From Syntrophales bacterium (GTDB lineage: Bacteria; Desulfobacterota; Syntrophia; Syntrophales; JACQWR01), in contig DATESZ010000264.1 in NCBI GenBank assembly GCA_035283845.1, positions 1 to 55,360 on the forward strand: a stretch of 55,360 nt of DNA, in the 5' to 3' direction. Every line of letters starts with the position of its first letter. Positions within the stretch are counted from its first letter, which is position 1. The position numbers and the translations under genes were made by a program. The notes below the pieces were generated by a model, which saw nothing but the letters and a program-made list of their open reading frames with translations, was not told the origin of the DNA and searched no databases. Shown here piece by piece: positions 7,061 to 14,498 of the stretch.

Positions 7061-7748
7061 TTATTCCCCCGCCTTTGAGTAGTCGCTCAACAACAAGCTC
7101 GGCTGGAATGGCTTGCTCAGATGGGCGCCCTTTTTTAAATTATCTATTGCCCACAGTGGTTGTAAATTCTTTAGCGCCCACGCCCGCCTGAAATCTAAGT
7201 CATCCGGTGTCTCGAAGTTGAAGGCAGACAGCGGGATCTTATGATCAATATGCCATTCTCCCCTGTTTTCCCAAGTCATACCCGGCTTGAACTTCTTTGC
7301 CAGGTGCTTCATTAATTGATCTAAGGTAAAATCCACTAGCGACTCCCAGCGCCGACCGTTTTTGCTCCCGTCAAGCGATTCCCAGATAGAGCGGCGCATC
7401 CCTTCGTTAAGACTCCCTTTCGGGGTTGGCATTGGCCCATGCTTGGCAGCGTCCCCTGTGCGCTTCGGGGTTACGACTGTAGTATTCTTTGTGTCTTGCC
7501 AGGGTAATGTCGCGATTTTGCGTATAATATTTTTTGCGATGCCGACTCGCGGCGGCCGCGTGGTTTTTCCAGTAAACCCTTGACCAGATATTTATGCAAT
7601 CCTTGCATCTATTGCCGCTCCATGAGTAAAAATCACAGATTTTCTTTGTCCCTTTGCATTTTGAGCATCTTTTTTCTATCCCAATAGAAGGACTTGCATT
7701 TAGGACACCTTCGCACGTCTGAGCTTCTAGCAACCCACTCATGATCAC
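7061..7748 (-). pseudogene. HNH endonuclease split by a frameshift (ORFs 7407..7748 and 7061..7432)
   Basis: The N-terminal Cys-rich, Y/N-repeat part and the C-terminal WHIDHKIP...NLQPLWAIDNLKKG HNH part lie in different frames and overlap by 26 nt. In related phage HNH genes (from memory) these form one protein. Confidence 0.65.
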
Positions 7749-7816
7749 ACCTCTTGCATATGATTTTGGTAATTTTGATTTTCATGGGTTATATGTATGC
7801 TCCATAAGTAAGATTG

Positions 7817-8101
7817 TCAAGAGTTATTATAGTCGCATCCGTGAGCGGCGATCCCCTTTTCCTTCCGCCCCATCACCATGCAGTCTTCGGGGTGATATTC
7901 TGAGCGTTCCAGCTCGGCGCTCTGGCTGTCCAGTTTAAGCTCTTGCGAGTGGAAGAAATCGCCCGCAAAAACGATCAGATCAACGGCTTCCGCCTCTGCC
8001 GTTTCAACGATAAAGTTCAGGCACTTTTCGCATTCCTTAATATCTTTGTCCCGTAGGTGGGCGTCGGCAAAATGGAGTAGCTTCATGATATTATTACCCA
8101 C
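7817..8101 (-). pseudogene. Truncated calcineurin-like/SbcD-type metallophosphoesterase fused to a duplicated 25-aa tail
   Basis: MKLLHFADAHL and GDFFH motifs only. Homology ends after ~60 aa and continues into ERSEYHPEDCMVMGRKEKGIAAHGC, which is shared with 10081..10608. Confidence 0.55.
7835..7910. repeat. 76-bp dispersed direct repeat, copy 1 (copy 2 at 10105..10180)
   Basis: gcatccgtgagcggcgatcccc...ggggtgatattc[t/g]gagcgttcc, 75/76 identical. Confidence 0.9.
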
Positions 8102-8340
8102 CCTTCCTTTAACCCGTAAACAGGGCCTCTAAGAATGTAGTTTATGGGCATGTGCCAGATGTACCCCGTATATTCAAGAGGGGCTCCGGCTTTCATTTCC
8201 TCGCCGCTATATTTCGTCTCTTCGAGCTGTAGGTCATCCCCCACCTTAAAGCCTCTATCATCAAAGCGTATTTCAAACCGCTTGCCCATATCTGCCGTTG
8301 CCCGGAAGGCTTCTGTATCTGTCTTTAATATGTGTTTCAT
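8083..8340 (-). CDS. DUF3850/ASCH-like protein, 85 aa
   Basis: MKHILKTDTEAFRA...KRFEIRFDDRGFKVGD...YILRG...GLKEGWVIIS matches the remembered DUF3850 pattern. GGAGGTG SD. Confidence 0.7.
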   Translation of the reverse strand: MKHILKTDTEAFRATADMGKRFEIRFDDRGFKVGDDLQLEETKYSGEEMKAGAPLEYTGYIWHMPINYILRGPVYGLKEGWVIIS

Positions 8341-8344
8341 GGCT

Positions 8345-8932
8345 TCACCTCCACCCTTCTGCTCGGTTTCCAGGGATAAAAAATAACTCCCAAAAGGCCG
8401 TAAGTCTGATCTTCTCGTAATCGGCCCTGGCGGGCTTCTCGATCTTCTCGTAATCGGCCCTGGCAGGATTCTCGATCTTCTCGTAATCGGCCCTGGCAGG
8501 ATTCCTGATCTTCTCGTAATCGGCCCTGGCAGGATTCTCGATCTTCTCGTAATCGGCCCTGGCAGGATTCTCGATCTTCTCGTAATCGGCCCAGGCGGAC
8601 TTCCTGATCTTCTCGTAATCGGCCAAGGCGGAGGGAGATAAAAGCCCAAGCGGAATCCCCATCAGATAAAACTTTCCTGTCTTTATCGCCTCGGCAATCA
8701 CCACGGGAAATTTGCTAGGGGAAGAAAAATCTGTGCACTCTTTTTTCACCCCCTTGCCGTCCAACTCATAAAAGAAATCAATCGCTCCGTGTCCGACAAA
8801 ATCATCGGGCGTGGTGTGCTGCTGTAATTTTTTCCCTCGTTTAGAATTATAAATATCGTCATAGGTGAGGAAAAGGATTTCTGTGGCGCCGTCTGTTCGT
8901 CGCACCTCTTTCCAGCTGATAAATACGCACAT
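8345..8932 (-). CDS. Hypothetical protein with C-terminal ADYEKIENPAR tandem repeats, 195 aa
   Basis: ORF track. GGAGGG SD. About seven 11-aa repeats. Confidence 0.6.
   Translation of the reverse strand: MCVFISWKEVRRTDGATEILFLTYDDIYNSKRGKKLQQHTTPDDFVGHGAIDFFYELDGKGVKKECTDFSSPSKFPVVIAEAIKTGKFYLMGIPLGLLSPSALADYEKIRKSAWADYEKIENPARADYEKIENPARADYEKIRNPARADYEKIENPARADYEKIEKPARADYEKIRLTAFWELFFIPGNRAEGWR
8408..8630. repeat. 33-bp tandem repeat, ~6.7 copies
   Basis: Unit gatcttctcgtaatcggccctggcaggattctc starts at 8408, 8441, 8474, 8507, 8540, 8573 and 8606. Confidence 0.9.
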
Positions 8933-8935
8933 GGC

Positions 8936-9271
8936 TCATCCCTCCATAGCAAAAGGGACGTCCTGCCCGCCCGCAATGTCCTGGACGCGGAAAGGCTCCC
9001 CGGTTGATGTCCTAATCATCCCCTCAACGCTTGCCATCATGCGGCCGGATACGTTAGGGTCGCGCACAATCTGAGCGGGAAGCCAGTCCACCTTTGCCGC
9101 CTGAGCAAGCCGGTCGAGCCCTTGCTTGTGGATTCTTACCGGCTCCACGATCAGGGCGAACCCCGGCGCGATATCCGCGGGGCTGGTTCCCGTGGGGATG
9201 AGCATATGGCAGCCCTTGGACTCAAACTCCTTTAACCTCTGGTACGCTGTTTTCTGTGATTGATCTGTCAT
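8936..9271 (-). CDS. Hypothetical protein, 111 aa
   Basis: ORF track. GGGAGG SD. Confidence 0.65.
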   Translation of the reverse strand: MTDQSQKTAYQRLKEFESKGCHMLIPTGTSPADIAPGFALIVEPVRIHKQGLDRLAQAAKVDWLPAQIVRDPNVSGRMMASVEGMIRTSTGEPFRVQDIAGGQDVPFAMEG

Positions 9272-9273
9272 GA

Positions 9274-9426
9274 TAATAACCTCCCACCGGTTAGGTTGGG
9301 GAAGGCCCCGCTGCCTGCCCTAGAGCAGACAACGGGTGGGGATGGCCTTCCGTATTAGTCTTTGCGATCTCCCATTAACCGCGCTGGTCTTATGTAATGC
9401 CGCGTGCGGCATATCTCTCGTTATCT
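9274..9426 (+). repeat. Long composite attC-like repeat m (~153 nt)
   Basis: TAATAAC...CGGTTA/TAACCG, GGAAGGCC/GGCCTTCC and ATGCCGC/GCGGCAT stems...ATCTCTC-GTTATCT. The right core holds the stop of 9421..9573. Confidence 0.5.
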
Positions 9427-9573
9427 ACCATTACAAACGGATTCTTTCTGGGGACGTATTTTTAGAAGACGATCCACTGCTTCTGGTGTTAGGTACACTT
9501 CCTCCCCACTACAATCATAACATCCATCGAACTCGATATGTAAGTCTCCGTCTAAATCCCATTCTATTTTCAT
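9421..9573 (-). CDS. Hypothetical cassette protein, 50 aa
   Basis: Internal ATG of ORF 9421..9621 with GAGGA 8 nt upstream. Confidence 0.45.
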   Translation of the reverse strand: MKIEWDLDGDLHIEFDGCYDCSGEEVYLTPEAVDRLLKIRPQKESVCNGR

Positions 9574-9603
9574 GTTCTCATCCTCAAATCTCCTAAAATA
9601 ACA

Positions 9604-9669
9604 AGATAACAAAGCGCTCAAGACGGACGTGGCATACAGCCGCCACGCCGCTTAGATTGAGCGTTCCCT
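9604..9669 (+). repeat. attC-like folded repeat n (66 nt)
   Basis: AGATAAC-AAAGC-GCTCAAgaCGG[A]CGTGGC-atacagcc-GCCACGCCGcttagaTTGAGC-GTTCCCT. Confidence 0.65.
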
Positions 9670-9744
9670 ACCACCAATAACCAAATGCTCCGTTATTCCT
9701 ATATGCAACTTCGCGCCCTCCGCCGTTTCATGCGCTCTTCTAAA

Positions 9745-9921
9745 CTAAACATGGGTCTCCTCTCCCGCTTCCCACGGCTCGGAAGTGAGGAACGCCCGGA
9801 CGCCATCGATAAGCTCGTCCAAGTTGTTCGTGCTGATAACATTGGTATGGCCCGAATAGGCGTTGTACCTGCCGAAATTGTTATCCCGGCCCCCGTCGCT
9901 TATGGTTAGATTTTTAGTCAT
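9745..9921 (-). CDS. Hypothetical protein, 58 aa
   Basis: Internal ATG overlapping the stop of 9914..10081 (ATGACTAA). The C-terminus carries the duplicated LTSEPWEAGEE segment. Confidence 0.5.
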   Translation of the reverse strand: MTKNLTISDGGRDNNFGRYNAYSGHTNVISTNNLDELIDGVRAFLTSEPWEAGEETHV

Positions 9922-10081
9922 GGGTTTTCCCCAGCTTTTTAGTGGGCAACCTGCCCTTTCCGTCAATCTTACATTTGGGACATTTGCGCCGCCGTATTGC
10001 ATGCATGAGCGGATACTCTTCGCGACAAGCATAATTTCGGCACCGTACCCACTTTATATCAAAACAAGACACATACCACAT
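9914..10081 (-). CDS. Hypothetical zinc-ribbon protein, 55 aa
   Basis: Internal ATG overlapping the stop of 10081..10608 (TAATG). CRNYAC...CPKC. Confidence 0.5.
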   Translation of the reverse strand: MWYVSCFDIKWVRCRNYACREEYPLMHAIRRRKCPKCKIDGKGRLPTKKLGKTHD

Positions 10082-10608
10082 TATTCCCCTACCTCCTTGT
10101 ACTGGCATCCGTGAGCGGCGATCCCCTTTTCCTTCCGCCCCATCACCATGCAGTCTTCGGGGTGATATTCGGAGCGTTCCGGTTCGTAGTCATTCGCCCA
10201 CTTAAACGGTATTTCGTGTAGCTCTTTACCGCAATAACAGCAGAACCCCATGCCATTTTCAGAGGGTGTCCCCTCGATTATGCAATGGAGTTGACCGCAT
10301 TCTGTTGACCAGCTCCCCTCTTCGTCCGCTGTCCAGGAGCACCCCTGCCCCGGCCTATTTTCACCCATTTTAACCAGAGGTTCCTCTGTGTACTCTTTTT
10401 TTACGTAAAGCATGCCTGTCTTGTGATCTTCAATACACCAAGACTTTTTTGCTATATGCTTAGCTATTATCATTAAGGTTCTGATGTTATTGCTCACCCC
10501 CTGCCAGTGCCAATAAACAGAGTATGGCCCCTTGGTACGAAGCGAATAACGGGGCATAACAATTTTATCCAGCGGACGGGTAATTTCGTCCTGTGGTTTT
10601 TCATTCAT
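10081..10608 (-). CDS. Hypothetical protein, 175 aa, with a repeat-encoded leader and the duplicated C-terminal tail
   Basis: The ATG at 10608 with GGAAGGAAG SD lies inside repeat o. An alternative ATG lies in the GTTATG core (MPRYSL...). Confidence 0.55.
   Translation of the reverse strand: MNEKPQDEITRPLDKIVMPRYSLRTKGPYSVYWHWQGVSNNIRTLMIIAKHIAKKSWCIEDHKTGMLYVKKEYTEEPLVKMGENRPGQGCSWTADEEGSWSTECGQLHCIIEGTPSENGMGFCCYCGKELHEIPFKWANDYEPERSEYHPEDCMVMGRKEKGIAAHGCQYKEVGE
10105..10180. repeat. 76-bp dispersed direct repeat, copy 2
   Basis: 75/76 identical to 7835..7910. Confidence 0.9.
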
Positions 10609-10643
10609 GTTCTTCCTTCCCGCCGCTGACCTTTGCGTTATAT
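10554..10643 (+). repeat. attC-like folded repeat o (90 nt)
   Basis: GCATAAC-AATTT-TAT[C]CAGCGG[A]CGGG...CCCGCCGCTGACC-TTTGC-GTTATAT. Confidence 0.8.
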
Positions 10644-10858
10644 TACTGATGACCATCTAAACCTTCGTTCCAAGTATTAACCCCAGGATTTTCTACATCT
10701 CCGTTATTTCTTATATCGGCAAATGACCAATCTTCATCCCCGTCGACGTGTAGGGAAAAAGAAATTTCACCGTCTTTTGGTAATTCAGGATGATTGGTTT
10801 CCCGAAGTATTTTTTGGACTGCATCAGCTATTTCTCGTTTTTGTCTTACTGAAAACAT
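10643..10858 (-). CDS. Hypothetical acidic protein, 71 aa
   Basis: ORF track. GGGAGGTG SD. Confidence 0.65.
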   Translation of the reverse strand: MFSVRQKREIADAVQKILRETNHPELPKDGEISFSLHVDGDEDWSFADIRNNGDVENPGVNTWNEGLDGHQ

Positions 10859-10879
10859 GCGCCACCTCCCTTATAAAAA

Positions 10880-10942
10880 ATATAACCAGTCACTAAAGCG
10901 GCGTGAGGCTGTTTGCCACGCCGCTTACCTTGGGCGTTATGT
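10880..10942 (+). repeat. attC-like folded repeat p (63 nt)
   Basis: ATATAAC-CAGTC-ACT[A]AAGCGGCGTG-aggctgtttgc-CACGCCGCTTACC-TTGGGC-GTTATGT. Confidence 0.8.
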
Positions 10943-10953
10943 GACAAAATCCC

Positions 10954-11112
10954 TCACTCATATTCAGTGCAATCATGGTTCTCGTGTTTCGCGCAATATT
11001 CACAAAAACCTTCGCGCCCGCAAATATCGCAAGTGCTTGTGTCATCCGAGCCATCAGGGTTTTTTATCTGCTCGCAACATACATGACAAAAACCTCTATC
11101 TTCGTCTCTCAT
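10954..11112 (-). CDS. Hypothetical Cys-rich miniprotein, 52 aa
   Basis: Internal ATG of ORF 10954..11136 with GAGGGA SD. CHVCC...CDICG...CEYC. Confidence 0.5.
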   Translation of the reverse strand: MRDEDRGFCHVCCEQIKNPDGSDDTSTCDICGREGFCEYCAKHENHDCTEYE

Positions 11113-11132
11113 ATTTCCCTCTATAAATAAAA

Positions 11133-11221
11133 GCATAACCAGTCACTGAACCCGCCCGGGGAATTCCGGTCTGGGTTTTCCGTCAAGGCTTAGGCCCCGG
11201 CGGGTTATCTCTACGTTATAT
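11133..11221 (+). repeat. attC-like folded repeat q (89 nt)
   Basis: GCATAAC-CAGTC-ACTG-AACCCGCC[C]GGGG...CCCCGGCGGGTT-ATCTCTAC-GTTATAT. Confidence 0.75.
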
Positions 11222-11458
11222 TTAAAATTCATCAACCAGTTCATCAAATGGGCGTCCCGTGCGTATTGCTTCGGCGGATAGGTGGAGAAAAACGCGTGGG
11301 CTAAATTTACGAACCTTTTCATATCTTTCATTGCCCTTACGGATATCGTGCAGAACCATATAATCTAACGCCTTCAGGTGGTCAGCGTGGAGGACAACCG
11401 CATCGTCACGGTGTAGTTCCCATGCCTCGTATGTTTTAGCATTATATGGGTTACTCAT
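11222..11458 (-). CDS. Hypothetical protein, 78 aa
   Basis: ORF track. GGAGGA SD. Preferred over the overlapping ORF 11143..11331. Confidence 0.65.
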   Translation of the reverse strand: MSNPYNAKTYEAWELHRDDAVVLHADHLKALDYMVLHDIRKGNERYEKVRKFSPRVFLHLSAEAIRTGRPFDELVDEF

Positions 11459-11534
11459 TCCAGTCCTCCATTAAAAGAATAAGATCATCTTTTGTATATG
11501 GTTGTTTTTTACTTGGTTTTCTCCAAAAAACAGA

Positions 11535-11583
11535 AAACAACTTAATCCAGCCCGTGGCCCGGCGGGTTATCCTTGCGCTATAC
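11535..11583 (+). repeat. Short attC-like repeat r (49 nt)
   Basis: AAACAAC-TTAAT-CC-AGCCCG-tggcccgg-CGGGTT-ATCCTTGC-GCTATAC. The GCTA variant of the right core supplies the TAG stop of 11578..11763. Confidence 0.5.
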
Positions 11584-11763
11584 AGCACAAAATAAAATAC
11601 AATCCTTAGCGTCGGATTGGCTAATCTCTATCAATCCATACGATCCATCACCCTCGTCAAGCCACCCTTCACCTGAGCAAATAAAAATCCTCTGATCGCG
11701 GGTTTTAACGGCCTCATATTCCGTTCGATGTTTACAATCGCTGCATTTTGGTGTGGTTTTCAT
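11578..11763 (-). CDS. Hypothetical Cys-containing protein, 61 aa
   Basis: Internal ATG overlapping the stop of 11760..11918 (ATGA). Confidence 0.55.
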   Translation of the reverse strand: MKTTPKCSDCKHRTEYEAVKTRDQRIFICSGEGWLDEGDGSYGLIEISQSDAKDCILFCAV

Positions 11764-11918
11764 TTTCTCGTCCCCGGCATCTTGATCCAAACGATCTCTT
11801 CAAGGCAGTCGCAGCTCCCCTGCTGCCAGCGCCACAACGGCACGAGGAAGCCTGGCGTGTGCATCAGCGGTAATGTCTCTTTTTTCCTGCCTACCCACTC
11901 GATAAATTGTTTCAACAT
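11760..11918 (-). CDS. Hypothetical protein, 52 aa (first gene of the early-left operon)
   Basis: Internal ATG of ORF 11760..12098 with AGGGGGG SD. The upstream part of that ORF reads through repeat-like leader sequence. Confidence 0.45.
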   Translation of the reverse strand: MLKQFIEWVGRKKETLPLMHTPGFLVPLWRWQQGSCDCLEEIVWIKMPGTRK

Positions 11919-12065
11919 TTTGACCCCCCTAATTGCTTTTTGCCCACCTACCGCGTCCCGAAGGCACATTGCCCAGGTGAGCTCATCTGCCGACTGCTCG
12001 GCTACCCTTCCGTTTCCCGTAGGATCGGTTGGGCGGGTGTTACTTTTGTCTCTTTTGTGACTGCT

Positions 12066-12090
12066 CCGCCAGCTTATCCGCACGTTATAC
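12066..12090 (+). repeat. Right-half attC-like sequence s in the early-left leader
   Basis: CCGCCAGCTT-ATCCGCAC-GTTATAC resembles the right arms of d, g and q. No convincing left arm found. Confidence 0.3.
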
Positions 12091-12106
12091 TTTTTCATTC
12101 GTCCGC

Positions 12107-12135
12107 ATCATACACCCGTCAAATGTGTTTGTCAA
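12107..12135 (-). promoter_or_regulatory. Early-left promoter (PL-like)
   Basis: Minus strand TTGACA (12135..12130), 17 nt, TATGAT (12112..12107). Confidence 0.6.
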
Positions 12136-12177
12136 GCATTATTTTCATTTTATTATTGCTAATCGTAAAAATAATAA

Positions 12178-12205
12178 TTGACATATATATTGACTTGTGT
12201 ATAAT
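12178..12205 (+). promoter_or_regulatory. Early-right promoter (PR-like)
   Basis: TTGACA (12178..12183), 16 nt, TATAAT (12200..12205), 30 nt upstream of the HTH gene. Confidence 0.65.
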
Positions 12206-12235
12206 GGGCATAACTGGAAGAAAGGAGGAGTGAAT

Positions 12236-12442
12236 ATGGGTAATGCTTTTGAGGGGTTTACCACAGTTCAGAAGGTTAAGGCATTCATGGCTGCAAACGA
12301 CATGAATATGCAAGCGTTAGCTGATTATCTAAAAATTTCCATTGGAACGGTAAGCAACAGATTTGAGAAAAACGACTGGACGGTACCTGAGCTTAAATTG
12401 TTGGCCGAAAGGTTCGGGACTACAATAGTAGACCTTATTTAA
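12236..12442 (+). CDS. Cro/CI-type helix-turn-helix regulator, 68 aa
   Basis: ATG with AAGGAGG SD. MQALADYLKISIGTVSNRF is a typical HTH. Confidence 0.75.
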   Translation: MGNAFEGFTTVQKVKAFMAANDMNMQALADYLKISIGTVSNRFEKNDWTVPELKLLAERFGTTIVDLI

Positions 12443-12454
12443 TCGGGTGGCGTT

Positions 12455-12802
12455 ATGCGAAAAGAAGTACGCGAACGCATCCTATTAAAATGCAAAGGGA
12501 AGTGCGTCGAATGCGGTGCTGTTGAACACCCTGAAGTAGATCATATCATCCCATTAGCCCGAGGCGGAAGGCATGATGAAGATAACTTCCAAATCCTCTG
12601 CAAAAAATGCAATCTCAAAAAGGGAAAAGGGATAGATTATTCTAAGTATGTTAAAATGGGTAAATCTCCAGAATACATAGAGGTTAACCAATCAATACTT
12701 GAAACTGATTTTTTCCGCCGAGGTTCTAAATTTGTAGCGATGCAATTAGAGTCGTGGCACAGACAAAACAATGCTCTTTTTGAGGTTAATAATGGCGGTT
12801 GA
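12455..12802 (+). CDS. HNH endonuclease, 115 aa
   Basis: ORF track. CVECG...EVDHIIPLARGG...NFQILCKKCNLKKG. Confidence 0.85.
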   Translation: MRKEVRERILLKCKGKCVECGAVEHPEVDHIIPLARGGRHDEDNFQILCKKCNLKKGKGIDYSKYVKMGKSPEYIEVNQSILETDFFRRGSKFVAMQLESWHRQNNALFEVNNGG

Positions 12803-13550
12803 CGGATGGGTTAAAATCCATAGGATATTATCTCTTGACCAAATATGGACAGCCGAACCATTTACGCGAGGGCAGGCGTGGGTTGACTTGATCCTTTTAG
12901 CTAACCATGTTCCTGGGGCAATAAGGGCCAGGGGTGTCTATATTAATATAGACCGTGGACAGGTAGGTTGGTCTGAGGTGAAACTCGCTGAACGATGGAG
13001 GTGGTCAAGAGATAAAGTAAGAAGATGGTTGTCGGAATTGGAAAAAAAGGAGCACAAGATAATACAGCAGAAAAACAACGTAACCAGTTTAATTACAATA
13101 ATAAAATACGATTTGTATCAGTCCAGCGATACAGCAAACGATACAGCAAACGATACAGCAGAAAAACAGCAGAAAAACAGCAGACAAGACACTAACAAGA
13201 ATGTAAAGAATGTAAAGAATGTAAAGAATAAAACATATACGTCTGATTTTATCTCTTTTTGGGACTGCTATCCAAAGAAGGTTGCAAAAGATGCGGCATG
13301 GAAGTCATGGCAGAAAAGAAACGGCGAAAGGCCGGACATTGCCGTTCTTATTTCCGCAGTTGAAAACCAGAAGAAAAGCGAGCAATGGGCAAAAGACGGA
13401 GGCCAGTTTATCCCTCACCCAGCGAGTTGGTTAAACCAGGGCCGCTGGGACGATGAGGCCCCTGCACAAGAAAACAACAGTGCGCTCGATAGGAACGATC
13501 CCGTTTTTAAGTCCTGGTACTACGGAGATAAAAAAGATGAACATCAGTGA
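12792..13550 (+). CDS. Replication initiator-like protein (winged-helix N-domain), 252 aa
   Basis: ATG with GAGG SD. VGWSEVKLAERWRWSRDKVRRWLSELE. Contains internal iterons, as in lambda O. Confidence 0.6.
   Translation: MAVDGWVKIHRILSLDQIWTAEPFTRGQAWVDLILLANHVPGAIRARGVYINIDRGQVGWSEVKLAERWRWSRDKVRRWLSELEKKEHKIIQQKNNVTSLITIIKYDLYQSSDTANDTANDTAEKQQKNSRQDTNKNVKNVKNVKNKTYTSDFISFWDCYPKKVAKDAAWKSWQKRNGERPDIAVLISAVENQKKSEQWAKDGGQFIPHPASWLNQGRWDDEAPAQENNSALDRNDPVFKSWYYGDKKDEHQ
13128..13230. repeat. Iteron cluster (candidate origin) inside the replication gene
   Basis: gatacagcaaac x3 (13128, 13140, 13152), cagcagaaaaa x2-3 and aatgtaaaga x3, followed by an AT-rich stretch. Confidence 0.6.
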
Positions 13551-14064
13551 ATTGAGAAGTTTTCTTGACAGCTTAACGGGTTTTTTCGAGAAGAAACATC
13601 CGAGCGACAAGACCGTTGAGTTATGGTTTGATACCGCAAACGGGATACCGTCGGCGGAGATAAGGCAGATTTATCAGCGCATAACCAGAGAGTGCGAATC
13701 ATGGCCGCGCAACCTACCGGCAACCATGTGGGCGATCCACTACGATATTATTGCCAACCTTCACACCGCAGAGAAAACGTATAAATATTGCGATGCTGGA
13801 TGCAATGAGGGCCTTTTCCACATGAGGAAAAAGAACGAGTTGGGGTTTTACGGGCAGCACTGTGTTTTCCGCTGTGACACCTGTAAGCAGCGAACAGAGG
13901 GGGGCTTCCCGTGGGGTAACAAACACATGCTCATCCGGCAGGGACATGAATCCTTGCCAATTATGGAGGGAGCGGAAAATATTAAAAGTATCAGAGAATT
14001 AAAGGCGTTCATTCTGGTAAAATTCGGGGAAAGCGAACGGGCACCAGGCAGGGTTAGCCCATGA
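13537..14064 (+). CDS. Hypothetical replication-module protein, 175 aa
   Basis: Internal ATG overlapping the end of 12792..13550. Confidence 0.6.
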   Translation: MNISELRSFLDSLTGFFEKKHPSDKTVELWFDTANGIPSAEIRQIYQRITRECESWPRNLPATMWAIHYDIIANLHTAEKTYKYCDAGCNEGLFHMRKKNELGFYGQHCVFRCDTCKQRTEGGFPWGNKHMLIRQGHESLPIMEGAENIKSIRELKAFILVKFGESERAPGRVSP

Positions 14065-14127
14065 AGCTGCGATGCTTTTTGCCGGAGAGGGATCGGTGTT
14101 ATCAATACTAGAAAAGGAAGGCACTAA

Positions 14128-14364
14128 ATGTCAGTAGAACGTAGAATCCGTTGGCGGTTTGAAGGCGAATCCCCGTCATCAGTCATCAAAGGTTTTATTA
14201 AATTTGGGTATGGGAAACTTGCCACAGCCCAGATAATGGGAATCAACCCCCGTACACTAGGCAAACTCACAAGTAGGTATGGCCTACAGTTCAGGCCCTA
14301 TATTGAATTAAATTCATCATGTAAGGCACCTGGTCGGAAACCAAGAGAAAGGGGCCAGCAATGA
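14128..14364 (+). CDS. Hypothetical protein, 78 aa
   Basis: ORF track. GGAAGG SD. Confidence 0.6.
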   Translation: MSVERRIRWRFEGESPSSVIKGFIKFGYGKLATAQIMGINPRTLGKLTSRYGLQFRPYIELNSSCKAPGRKPRERGQQ

Positions 14365-14498
14365 ACATCGGCGACGTGATAAATTGCGACTATTGCCTAG
14401 GGGAAATCACCCTGGACGCGCTAGAGATAGCGGACGGTCTGGCGTGGTGTTTAAACTGTAGTAAATATACAGAGATACCGGAGGAGGAGGAAGAATGA
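14361..14498 (+). CDS. Hypothetical zinc-ribbon miniprotein, 45 aa
   Basis: Hand translation: MNIGDVINCDYCLGEITLDALEIADGLAWCLNCSKYTEIPEEEEE. ATGA overlaps at both ends. Confidence 0.45.
   Translation: MNIGDVINCDYCLGEITLDALEIADGLAWCLNCSKYTEIPEEEEE

Noticed and set aside
8341-8649. PGPITRRS(R/G)IL repeat reading frame of ORF 8083..8649
   Set aside because: It is the alternative frame of the 33-bp tandem repeat. The DUF3850-like gene clearly starts at the ATG at 8340 with its own SD.
11143-11331. 62-aa minus-strand ORF overlapping repeat q and gene 11222..11458
   Set aside because: It reads through the repeat and lacks an SD. The 78-aa ORF 11222..11458 has a GGAGGA SD and ends at the repeat core.
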